Assembly (NCBI GenBank): GCA_964016885.1
Contig: OZ024742.1
Span: forward strand, 96,968,001 to 97,032,000
Length of the DNA stretch: 64,000 nucleotides
DNA from: Eledone cirrhosa
Taxonomy: Eukaryota
Direction: 5' to 3'
Below the pieces are notes generated by a model. It worked only from the letters and a program-made list of their open reading frames with translations. It searched no databases and was not told the origin of the DNA. Made by a program: the position numbers and the translations under genes. Shown here piece after piece: positions 1 through 10,737 of this stretch. Numbering within the stretch: the first letter of the stretch is position 1; each line of letters begins with the position of its first letter.

Positions 1-287
1 GTACACTGATTGATTAATATCTGATTAGTGATGTTTCTGTATATTAACACTCATATGTAGTCATACACACACATATATACATATGGTCAGTAATATTAAA
101 TATTACCCAGTTACAAGTATGAATATAGCTTGATGTAATATAACAAGTATGTTCTTGAAGCAAAGTTTTGATGCTATATTTGTGTTTAACTTTTGTAATA
201 ACTCCAATGATGCCTGCCTTGTGCTAGGATGTAACAATCGGAAGGGATTAAATGTTTGAAAGATTAAACACTCTGATTATTATTTAC

Positions 288-339
<52 letters not shown>

Positions 340-750
340 TATGTATTTATGTATAAAGAGTGGTGTTTTCATGTACGGAGATGCTATAAAATAGCTTATA
401 AGATAGAGTGAAGAAATTTAAAGATGGAAACAGTAGTTGCCATTGGCCACTATGAAGAATCGAATCCCGTGTATCCAAGATATTGACTAGATATTTTGAA
501 TTATAAATGTATATTCATCTGCCTATGACTTTATCAGGCATTCTAAGCAGGTAGTAACAAATCCTTTTGTTATCTTAATGTTTTTATTGATAAGGATTGA
601 CTGTGCTGAGTATTCTCTGGCGCCATTAATATACATATACTGATAAACAGATAGAATTGAGGTCAATCCCTATTTTTATTTATATATGACTAAATGGTTT
701 GGTTGAGGATTCTATGGTAGTCAGTATTATAAAAGAAGAAAGTTTTAAAG

Positions 751-1058
751 CAGTCATGGGCAACCTGTATCCCGTGGGCCGCGGGTAATATTTAATATTA
801 CTGACCATATATATAGTTATACATTCAGAAGCTTTCTGATTTTTTTTACCCCAACTTTTCAATCATAATTTATCTTTCTATCCTTTTTACGATCGAGGAA
901 AATAACGTGTACGAATTCTGAAGAAACAATTCAAAACAACCTGAGTTACCACCCTTTTTCTTTAATGTTGGCATGAATGTAAATTAGCGCTTGCGGCCCA
1001 CCTGATGATGAGCCATATCTCATGTGGTCTGCTTCTCGACAAAGGTTACCCATGCCTG
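751..1058. mobile_element. hAT (Charlie-like) MITE inserted in the PLE relic
   Basis: TIRs CAGTCATGGGCAACCT / AGGTTACCCATGCCTG; TTTAAAG on both flanks (imperfect 8-bp TSD); PLE reading continues across it. Confidence 0.75.
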
Positions 1059-1717
1059 TTTAAAGTGTTTATGTCTACAATTGAAAGATCCTTCTAATCT
1101 ATTATTTATTAAATTTCTTTCAGTAATTATATAGTACGATTCTTGTATACAAATATTGCAAATACCCATATCTTGTTTGTACTGATTGGGGAATCCAAGG
1201 ACAGACCAAGATATATCGTATCTACTTCCTTTTCCTTCCTAGGTCCCATATTTTGTTGGCTAAAGTTGAAGAATTTCTAAGATTACGGATTTTAAAAAAT
1301 ATGTATGGACATACCACCATTTCCTAAATAATTTCAAAGTAGTCCCTATATATTTTACTTTTTGTTCGTACTGATTTCACTTTGGTATTAGTGCATAAAC
1401 ACATCTTCTGAATGGTGCAGTTCTTAGGTTGTGGGCAAATGCATCTTATCTATTCTCTGTGGGATGGTTCACTATTATTATTGTTGTTGCTATTAGATGT
1501 GGTAAGTATGCGACTAGGTAGCAACAGATTTAATCCTTTACTTCTAGTTTTTACCGTCTTGGGACCATTTATGAGTGCCGGTTGAGAATATCTAATGGGG
1601 TTCTCTTTAATATTATGTTCACTCTACAGGTGCTTAAGCGTCTCTTATTCAATTTACTTATGTAACCATCCAATTCATAGATGTTGAGTAAGATAACCTA
1701 ATAGTATTTCTGTTTAA

Positions 1718-1872
1718 CCCTTTAACATTTAAACTGACTGTATCCAGCCAGAATTGTCTCAAATCTTTCTGTTCAAACCAGCCACATCTGGCCCCTTATA
1801 CTGATGTTAAAGTATTGTTCTCAAAATAAATAATATCAAAATCTTGTAGATTCAATATTATGTGAGATAAAG
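1718..1872. mobile_element. TTAA-CCCTTT-type (piggyBac-like) MITE remnant
   Basis: Starts TTAA|CCCTTTAACATTT and interrupts PLE coding remnants between LIDKHFP and LNRNTIRL; right end degenerate. Confidence 0.4.
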
Positions 1873-2414
1873 CTTTACTGTGAAAATACAATAGTATATA
1901 TGGGAAATGCTTGTCGATCAGGTTAAAGAACATGAAGGGTAGTCTAGACTTAATTGCATTGTTAAATTCTGGGTGATATCACAGGTATGTTGTGTTTCTA
2001 GTTTTTTTGTGATGTTATTCAATATGGATTATCCCAGGGGATTAAGAGAAATCTCACCTTCTTGCTGTTCTCTATTATTGGTTTTTTGCCTGTGACAAGA
2101 GTATTTATAATTAGTTTTAGAATACAAGTCGCCTTTAGTACAGTGGTGTTTAACATATCTACCTCTCTCACTTTCATACATGTATTTTAGCTTATTCATA
2201 CACTCTGCTTTTCATAATGCATCGTTCATTAAATATTTCTAGAGAGGGTGATAGGCAGAATATTCTAAGTGATACATTATTAATTATATAGATTTAGAAT
2301 GGCTAGATTGATAGATAATGTATGTCAAGTTTTCATTATTTCTATGGCAGGTTTCTTCAAGTTACACAAATTCAAATAACAGAAACCGATTACTACTATA
2401 ATTTCTCTCCACCC

Positions 2415-2477
<63 letters not shown>

Positions 2478-2959
2478 TATATATATACTAAGTAAAGTTA
2501 TCATAACATATATAATATTCATAATGATTATGTTTCTCAATAGAAAAGCTCAAAGGACATTTACCCAGATCATCAATAATTCAAATAAAGAAGATATATG
2601 TATATATAAAGAGAAAGAGCCATATAACGTTTGAGAAACACAAAGTAATTTGTACATACAAATAAAGCATATAATATTTAGGAAAAAGTACATACTTGAA
2701 GGTGGAAAAGTTCTTATTTCTCTTACAATAGCATTTCATAGTTTGTAAACTGAAGACGCGAAACTAATAATTAGAAGAATGATACTTGGATAAGTTCCAA
2801 TAGAGTAGAATAATGTTTATATATGTTGGGATCCGAGAGTTATCCAAAACCATAGAGAGTATGGGTGAGAATGTTTGAATTGTGGTGACAGTCTGGGATT
2901 CTGACTCATTCTTATATACCCCGCCCCATATATATATATACATACATATATAAAAGTCT

Positions 2960-3280
2960 CCCTTCGGTCATGAATGACCATGGGATTTGTAACTAGAAAG
3001 TTCCCCTCTGAGGAGCAAGTCCAGGCAAGTTTGTTTGTAGAAGAACAGCAGTCAGCCATGCATACCAGTCTCTCCTCTCTACATGACCACTGTTATTCAG
3101 GGGAAAGGCGAAGGCCAACACAACTTAGCATCAGTTACTTCGCAACTCATTTCTACAGATTAATGAACAGGAGCAACATGAAATAAGGTGTCTTGCTCAA
3201 GAGCACAATGCAAATCCTGATACAAGAATCGAACTTATAATTTCATGATTGTAAATCCGACACTCTTAGCACTAAGCCAT
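2960..3280 (-). mobile_element. tRNA-derived SINE with CORE-like domain, degenerate
   Basis: Minus strand reads ATGGCTTAGTGCTAAG (A box), AGTTCGATTC (B box), then CTTGAGCAAGACAC..CTGTAGAAATGAG; homologous to the head of 61293..61627. Confidence 0.65.
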
Positions 3281-3472
3281 ATATATATATGTACTCTCTT
3301 CTATCTTTCTATTTGTTCTTTTTTGTCTTATTCTATCTTTCAATGAAGGACTAGCCTCTGAGACACCTAGATTTTTTTTTATACTAAAGCGAGTTTTACA
3401 CTAATATATATCTTCATTGTTCTGTATAGTTTGCTGTGTTGTTTTCAATTTACTTTTTGTATAAATATCTAT

Positions 3473-3521
3473 CTATATATACGTGTGTGTGTGTGTGTGT
3501 AAATATATATATGTATGTATG

Positions 3522-3600
<79 letters not shown>

Positions 3601-3950
3601 GTATATATACATATATCATATATATATATATATGCATATATGCACTTGGATATATCTGTGTATCTGAATAAAGATGCCACTATGTGTGTTGGAATCAATA
3701 TTTGTATAACTATATACACATACACATGTGTATGTATATGTACTCATGTGTTTGAATGAATATATACCTCACTTAACATTTTGTTTCATTTTGTTAGATA
3801 TACATGCTACACACACACAGACATGCACACAGAATCACATGAACACATAAAAATCTCATATGCTACACACATGTGTGCACATACACATGTGCATACATAC
3901 CTAAACATATATGCACACACACAAACATTCAAACATACATACATAAATGT
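3473..3950. repeat. Compound (TG)n/(TATG)n/(TA)n/(CA)n microsatellite block
   Basis: Seen directly; explains the YIYIYI/CVCV pseudo-ORFs. Confidence 0.95.
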
Positions 3951-4964
3951 ATGTGGTTCCTCTGTGTAACTCTATTATCGGATGTACACCTTGTGCTATT
4001 ATGACAGAGCTCATTATTATGCAAGTCAGATATATCCTAACTTAAAACATTGCAGCAACAATATTCACAGAATAAATATTTACTTATCCATTTTTTTTAA
4101 ATTTCATTTTATTTACTTTCTTATTTTTATTTATATTTTATTTCAATTATTTTCTTGTCTTTTTATATTTTATATTTATATCTTTATATGATCCTTTTTT
4201 TTACATTATTTTTATGATTTTAAACATTTTAATATTTTTTTTATTTTTAGAATATTTTTATATTTTTTATGTTTTATATTATTCTTTCATTATTTTTTAC
4301 ATTATTTCATATTTTTAGATGTTTTTATTTGTAATATCACCCGTGTATATTTTGTTATTTTATATCCTTATTTATATATATATATATGTTTATATTTTAT
4401 ATAATTGATATTTTTCTGTTATCATGTATTTTCTCTCACTCTCCCTTGCTCTCTCTCTCTCTCTATATATATATATATTACTATTTTACCCAAGCCACCA
4501 ATGGCTCCTATATTACCTCCCTTTCCCTTCTTTTCTGTTGCGTTTAATAAGTTCTCTAATAATTGCATGTTTTCACTTAAGGTTTGAACTATTGCTTATG
4601 ACAGACCTTAACATCTGCCCTTTCAAATTCTACCTCCTTCCTCACCCTGCCCCATACATTTCCCCTCTTTCTACTTAATATTTAGTTGTTTTTTTTTCTA
4701 TCTGAATATATTTCTTGTGTAGTGTGCTTTCGTTTATATTTTTTTGAGGAGGGAAGGGGTTATTTACTTTCACTTTTGAAGTTGTCATCTCCTGCAGGAA
4801 AGATATTTACTTTGCTTTATTTTATTTATTTATTTATACATTCATTTACATGAAATTTTTGTTTATTTATTTTATCTTATGTTTGTTGATTATGGTTGTC
4901 ATCGTCATCGTGATTTTTACGGCTACTTTTCCATGCTTGCGTGGGTTGGATAACATCAACATCA

Positions 4965-5010
<46 letters not shown>

Positions 5011-6448
5011 GCTGTTGTTGTTGTTTCTGTAGCCAGTGGTGTTATGATCATTTTTTTTTTACCATCTATTATTTGTCTTGTTTTTCAAACCTTCAGGGGT
5101 TAGAGTGGAAAATATTGGTGCCCTTTCATTTTAGTTACCAAAATATTTTTTTATGCTCCGAACTGGCATGCAATAGTAAAATCATTCAGATGGCACCAAC
5201 CACACATATACCAAACATATACATACACACACACAGACATGTATGTATGTGTATGTATATATATATATATATATCCCAGCATGGCAGCAGTCCAATTATT
5301 GAAACCATTAAAAGTAAGAAAAATAAAAGAAGATATATTTACATGGTGTTGTTTTTATAAATGTCTATGTATGCATACCTGCAAACCATACTTACTTCAA
5401 TACACATTTATTATGCATACCTAAAGATATATCCACATGGGTAGATACACATACATTTATATATACATACGAAGCAATATGTATTTGCAAAATTGCACAC
5501 CTTACATTAGGCAGATAATTTAAAGCACACACATACACGTATATATACAAACAGAAAAATGCATTTTGTCCACTTAAGTTTGCAAGCTCATTCACATTTG
5601 TCTTACTTGTATGTAACATAAGCATATTCTAATATGCATAAACATTAACTCAAAAACATGTATAGTCAAACCAATAATGGAGATACAATTAGCAGCCATC
5701 CTGCCAATATCACAACATAAAATGGATAATGTTGTCTTAGATACATTGAAGATGCAGGTATATCTGAAAAAGAAGTTCCCTTCACAACTATGAGAACCCA
5801 CAGGTAGCATCTTGGGCAAGTACCTTTTACAATAGATATATGTGTTTGTGCTTATGTCATGTGTCTCGGTGTGATTGTGTCGTGTCTGTGCATATATGTG
5901 TAATTGCATATTGTGGTTATTTGTGTATAGGTGTTATTGTGTCATGTAAATGTGTGTGTATATGTATGAATCTGTCTTATATGTGTATAAATGTGATTGT
6001 ATCATGTATTTTTGTATACCTATATGATGGTGTGTATATGCCTGAATCTGTAATTTGCTTGTGCTTTGTGTGTGTATCATCATTATCATTTAATGTCCAT
6101 TTTCCATGCTAGCAGGTTGTATATGTTTGATTGGGTTGTTTGTATGTGAATGTGTTTTTGTGTGCATATATGTGATTATATCATGTGTTTTATAGCTATA
6201 TAATACATCATTAATTATTTAGTGACTTTCTTAACAATACACCTGTATGTTTATTTGTTAAAACAAGAATCTAATTAATACATTCATTAGATTATCTTTA
6301 ATTAGTCCATCAATAATAAATATGTCTTTATACAATTCTCTACTATAACCTCTAGCTTCATTTCACATAATCATACATAACATCTTATAACAGTATATGA
6401 AAAAACGTATATTCATCATCATTTTACATTCTTTTTCCACAGACACAT

Positions 6449-6480
<32 letters not shown>

Positions 6481-6877
6481 CATCATCATCATCATCATCA
6501 ACGTTTAACGTCCGTGTTCCACGCTTGCATGGGTTTGGACGGGGGTAGTCCCACTTGAGGCAAGAGTGATTGTCTTGCTCGCATAGGACTGTCTGGCAGG
6601 TTTTCTACAGTTGGATGCCCTTCCTAACACCAACCACATTTACAGTGTGGGTCTGGGAGGTTTTTACCGTGTTGCCTACACGGCCACATTACAGCGTGGA
6701 CTGTGTGTTTTTTTGTCGTGACACCTACACGATCTCATTTGTTTCGGCCTCGATGGCGCGGCACCAACATAACTTTACATAGAACGGGGTGGTGTGGATC
6801 GGGTGGGGGTGGTGGTGGTGGGACGGGGTGTATTTTGTTAGAGATGCCTACTGGCTGGAGTAGGTTTTACTATATAT

Positions 6878-9800
6878 TTAGGTAAGGCGGGTCTTCTCTG
6901 TTACTGAGTACCGCCAAAGGTCTCGGTCCAGTGACATTGTCTTGGAGAGGTGTAAGTGTGTGATGTCGGAGTTTATCAGCTCGTCCCAGGTTTTTCTAGG
7001 TCTGCCTATTCCGTGACTACCGTCTATCTTTATTGCCCTGCACTTTGTTATACAGCTATCGACTTTCATGCGCATCACGTGTCCATACCAACGTAGCCTT
7101 CTCTCGAGTAAACAACATCTGATCCCTCTTATCTCTAATTTTTTCCTTAGTTCGTTTATGCTTTGCCGTTCACGTATATTACTGTTACACATCCAGCGGA
7201 GCATGCAAGCTTCGTTCCTCTCTAGTCTGCGTATATCCTCTGCACACAATGCCCAGGTCTCACTGCCATGCAGCATTGCTGTTCGTATGCAGGCATCGTA
7301 CAACCTGCCTTTCATTTTTAGTGAGAACCCTTTAGCAGCTAATAGTGGTATAAGCTCTCTGAACTTTTTCCAACCAGTTCTGACTCTAGCTACAGTACTT
7401 TCAGAGCACCCTCCCCCACTGCTGATTTTATCGCCCAGGTAACGGAAGCTGTCCACTATTTCTATAGAACCCTCTGCGCAATTGAAAGAGCTAGTAGTTT
7501 GTGGGCACTTGCTGCTACTTATTGCACCAGAGCACCGGCCACATGTAAAATCTATGTTCTTAGTTAGCTTACCTGTGATCCCACTACATCTTTTATGCAC
7601 CCATACTTTGCATTTAGGACATAAAATGGAGTTTCTACCTACGCCTTTCCTACACACCGAGCACGACCATTTCCCAGAAGGGACCGCCGCCTTGTTTTCT
7701 TTCCTACAAACTAGTACTTTGGTCTTAGCCAGGTTAATTTTAAGTCCTTTTGACTCTAGGCCGTGCTTCCATGTTTGGAATTTCTTCTCTAGCTCGGCCA
7801 TTGATTCCGCTATGAGTGTCAGGTCGTCTGCGTATAGGAGTTCCCATGGGCAGCCTGTCTTGAACTCCTCTGTTATAGCCTGAAGGGCAATAATAAATAG
7901 TAGTGGACTGAGAACAGAGCCCTGATGGACGCCAACTTTTACGCTAAACTCTTCACTATATTCGTTGTTAATTCTAACCTTGCTGACTGTTTCTTTATAC
8001 ATGGCTTGTATAGCCCTCACAAGCCATTCGTCAACGCCTAGTTTTCTAAGAGCCCACCAGATAATGGAGCGGGGGACTCTGTCGAAGGCTTTCTCCAAGT
8101 CGACAAAAGCTAAGTAGAGGGGTTTACCTTTAGCTAGGTACTTCTCCTGTAGTTGTCGTACTATGAAAAGAGCGTCTGTGGTACTTTTGCCTGACACAAA
8201 CCCGAACTGCATTTCATCTAGGTCAATTCTCTCTCTGATTAGTTGCGCTATTACTTTTTCCGTGACCTTCATGACCTGGTCGATTAATTTAATGCCTCTA
8301 TAGTTACTCCTATATAGGGCGTCTCCTTTACCCTTATAACAGTTAACGATGATGCTGCTATGCCAGTCCTTCGGAACAACCCCATTCTGTACGACTTGGT
8401 TAACTATGCGGGTGACCATGGTGTGTCCCACCGTGCCAGATGCCTTCAGCATCTCAGCAACTATTTCCGAAGGCCCAGCCGCCTTACCAGTCTTCATATC
8501 CTTGATTGCCTTACTTATTATACTCCCCTCGACTAACACTGCTGGTCCCTCTATTGGGTCGATATGGGGGAGACTGCCTTTCTCCCAATTATTCTCCTCA
8601 TTTAGTAGCCTTTCATAGTGACACTTCCAAGCTACCTTCTTATCAGCGTCGGTGATGGCAAGTGTGCCATCGTCGTTTAGTACACACTTCTCCCCGACAA
8701 TATCACGGTTTTCCTTGACGCATTGCCTAGCAATCCTGAACACCTCACGTTTTTGGTCATCGCGTTGTAGAACATGCTTGAACTTTCTTTCCTCAGCTTC
8801 CCTTCTTGCTAAGTACACTTGTCTCCTAGCTTCCCTCCTGGCCACTTGATAGTCCTCTCTACTTCCCCCATCCCGCCATACTTTCCAAGCCTGCTTTTTG
8901 GCCTTAATTGACCCCTCCACCTTACTGTTCCACCACCATGTTACTCTCCTCCTGCCTACAGGCCTGCTCCAGCCACAGACTTCGTCTGTCGCCAACAGCA
9001 GGTTTGCTTTCAGAAATTCCCACTCTCCCTCTATATTGTCCGACTCTAAATGTTCTTCCTTACTGTCGAAAGCATCAAGTAATATGCTTTGAAATTTATT
9101 CCTGGCTGTGGGGTCCTTTAGCTTCCATATTTTCCTCCTGAGGATAGTCCTCTTCTGTTGTCGAGTACGTCTCGTCCTGACTATGAGGTCGCTAATTATC
9201 AGTCTATGTTGGGAGGTGCATTCTTCATGGGGGAGGGATTTAGTGTTTACAACAGACACTCTGTCACGTCTTCTGGTAAGGATATAATCTACCTGGCTTG
9301 TGTGTTCCCCGGATCTATAGGTGATCAGGTGATTGTCACGTTTTTTGAAGTTAGTGTTACAGATAGTTAGGTTATTTGCATCACAGAATTCCAGGATTCT
9401 GGAGCCTTCCTCATTTCTAGTACCAAACCCATAGCCTCCATGGATTTCGTCGTAGCCGTCACAATGTTGTCCAACGTGACCATTTAGGTCGCCTGCGATA
9501 ATTATATAGTCACTGTCGGATATTTGGGAGGTAGTTAGCATCAGTGTCTCATAGAATCTGTCTTTTATAGTGTCGGGCAGTCCGGATTGGGGTGCGTACG
9601 CAGATATTACTGTCACCGTAGTTCTATTGAGGACAAGTCGTATTTTAATTATTCTGTCGTTCACTCTATTTACGTCTATTATCTTATCTGCCCACTTTTC
9701 TGCTACCATGATTCCTACTCCACCCAGCCCATCGTCGTTTCCCACCCAGAAAAGCTTATAACATCGTTTTTTACCCTCAATGAACCTAGCAGACCCACCC

Positions 9801-10318
9801 CTCCACCTGGTCTCTTGAATACAACAAACATCGACCTCCTTACGTTCAAGCATTTCTACAACCTCGTTAGCGCGACCCTTTAGGGTGCCTACATTTATGG
9901 TACCAACTCTGAGGTTTTGGATTGCGTTTGGGGGTTGGGGGCGGTGAGGGGCGGGGGGCGATGGGGTTATGTTAGCCGTCCGCGGTCGAAACAATGAGGA
10001 GTGCTCGCATTCTCGTCCAAGAGGTGAATTTGTCTTTATCTTTGGCATTGTCGCTGAGCGTCCAGATTTTTCTCTCTCACCTCCACTCTCCAGGATTCCG
10101 CAGTCCATCCAACCATCATATATCGTATATCGAAAGGCAACCAGGCAAGCGATAGTATAGGCCTCTGGTTTCTGATTGGTCCGCGTAATAATACTGGTGA
10201 TGCGTGGGGGCTCTGTTTTATGATTGGTCCACGTAATAGCAATGGTGGTGCGTGGGGGTGGGAGGGAGGGGTGTTGGGTAGCTAGCAAGAAGGTAATGAT
10301 TGAGTGGGGTCCATGCAT
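6878..10318 (-). CDS. RTE LINE polyprotein: APE endonuclease, reverse transcriptase, PHD-type zinc finger
   Basis: 1146 codons without stops. APE motifs TINV, CCIQETRW, SAYAPQ, AGDLNGHVG, QVDYILT; RT motifs NYRGIKL, QFGF, FVDLEKAFD, VGVHQGSVLSPLLF, YADD (7823-7834), FRYLG; RTE C-terminus RRLRWYGHV and GRPRKTW. The true start may be downstream, e.g. MPKIK at 10048. Confidence 0.95.
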   Translation of the reverse strand: MHGPHSIITFLLATQHPSLPPPRTTIAITWTNHKTEPPRITSIITRTNQKPEAYTIACLVAFRYTIYDGWMDCGILESGGEREKSGRSATMPKIKTNSPLGRECEHSSLFRPRTANITPSPPAPHRPQPPNAIQNLRVGTINVGTLKGRANEVVEMLERKEVDVCCIQETRWRGGSARFIEGKKRCYKLFWVGNDDGLGGVGIMVAEKWADKIIDVNRVNDRIIKIRLVLNRTTVTVISAYAPQSGLPDTIKDRFYETLMLTTSQISDSDYIIIAGDLNGHVGQHCDGYDEIHGGYGFGTRNEEGSRILEFCDANNLTICNTNFKKRDNHLITYRSGEHTSQVDYILTRRRDRVSVVNTKSLPHEECTSQHRLIISDLIVRTRRTRQQKRTILRRKIWKLKDPTARNKFQSILLDAFDSKEEHLESDNIEGEWEFLKANLLLATDEVCGWSRPVGRRRVTWWWNSKVEGSIKAKKQAWKVWRDGGSREDYQVARREARRQVYLARREAEERKFKHVLQRDDQKREVFRIARQCVKENRDIVGEKCVLNDDGTLAITDADKKVAWKCHYERLLNEENNWEKGSLPHIDPIEGPAVLVEGSIISKAIKDMKTGKAAGPSEIVAEMLKASGTVGHTMVTRIVNQVVQNGVVPKDWHSSIIVNCYKGKGDALYRSNYRGIKLIDQVMKVTEKVIAQLIRERIDLDEMQFGFVSGKSTTDALFIVRQLQEKYLAKGKPLYLAFVDLEKAFDRVPRSIIWWALRKLGVDEWLVRAIQAMYKETVSKVRINNEYSEEFSVKVGVHQGSVLSPLLFIIALQAITEEFKTGCPWELLYADDLTLIAESMAELEKKFQTWKHGLESKGLKINLAKTKVLVCRKENKAAVPSGKWSCSVCRKGVGRNSILCPKCKVWVHKRCSGITGKLTKNIDFTCGRCSGAISSSKCPQTTSSFNCAEGSIEIVDSFRYLGDKISSGGGCSESTVARVRTGWKKFRELIPLLAAKGFSLKMKGRLYDACIRTAMLHGSETWALCAEDIRRLERNEACMLRWMCNSNIRERQSINELRKKLEIRGIRCCLLERRLRWYGHVMRMKVDSCITKCRAIKIDGSHGIGRPRKTWDELINSDITHLHLSKTMSLDRDLWRYSVTEKTRLT
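10163..10258 (-). promoter_or_regulatory. Two 48-bp direct repeats, each with a CCAAT box, in the LINE 5' region
   Basis: 10163-10210 and 10211-10258 both read TATTACG(C/T)GGACCAATCA on the minus strand; promoter role is inferred. Confidence 0.45.
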
Positions 10319-10700
10319 TTAACAAGCGATTAACAAAAATACAAAATTTGTTCTGTTAAATACGTCCAAAAACCTACGTATTTAGCAATTAATAGAAACA
10401 GAAAATGTAGTTTGTTTTAGCGATAGATTGGCTATTTGGACTTGATACGAACTATGGATTGTTTTGAAAATACGAGAATTAAGATTTGTTGAGGGAGAGA
10501 GATGAAGTCTGTACATTACGTTTACATGAATACCGTGCCCAGCAAGCAATGAAATGAAATTTGGCGAAGTGAATTCCTATCATATATTTATAGAGAGAGA
10601 GAGAGAGAGTGAGAGAGAGCGAGGGGAGGGGGCCACATGATGGCTGTGAGTGTTGGGCGTTTGACCGCCCCGTGCCTTCGAAGAAGGAAGAAGGAAAGGA

Positions 10701-10737
<37 letters not shown>

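Larger units (their letters stand above)
330..2400 (-). mobile_element. Decayed Penelope-like element (Naiad-like): RT thumb, Cys linker, C-terminal GIY-YIG endonuclease and 3' pLTR
   Basis: Manual minus-strand translation across frameshifts gives NENLTYIIYQSSHSKS..RIFCLSPSLEIFNE, FFNLIDKHFP, LNRNTIRLSYSTSMN, RCICPQPKNCTIQKMCL, KYIGTTLKLFRKWWYVH, NSSTLANKIWDL, YDISWSVL, CNICIQESYYII and NLINNRLEGSFNCRHKH, in the order expected for PLE RT-EN proteins. A degenerate hammerhead core lies at ~500-540. Confidence 0.8.
6481..10580 (-). mobile_element. Apparently full-length RTE-clade LINE
   Basis: Single intact ORF; ~400-nt 3' UTR ending in a stem-loop and (GAT)n tail at 6481-6500. The flanks (CA)n(TA)n and TA(GA)n would rejoin into one compound microsatellite, placing the 5' end near 10580 (approximate). 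Confidence 0.9.

Noticed and set aside
2750-2775. CTGAAGA-CGC-GAAAC as a hammerhead (also CTGATGA at 1002 and 32710)
   Set aside because: Stem II or the GAAA/NUH elements are missing; relic or chance.
3436-5909. Short ORFs rich in YI, CV, I or L runs (also near 23.2, 31.9, 33.1, 37.6 and 54.1 kb)
   Set aside because: Translations of microsatellites; no domain content.
7068-10242. Short ORFs overlapping the LINE ORF, mostly antisense
   Set aside because: Shadow frames of the real coding sequence; they recur in paralogues only because the sense strand is conserved.
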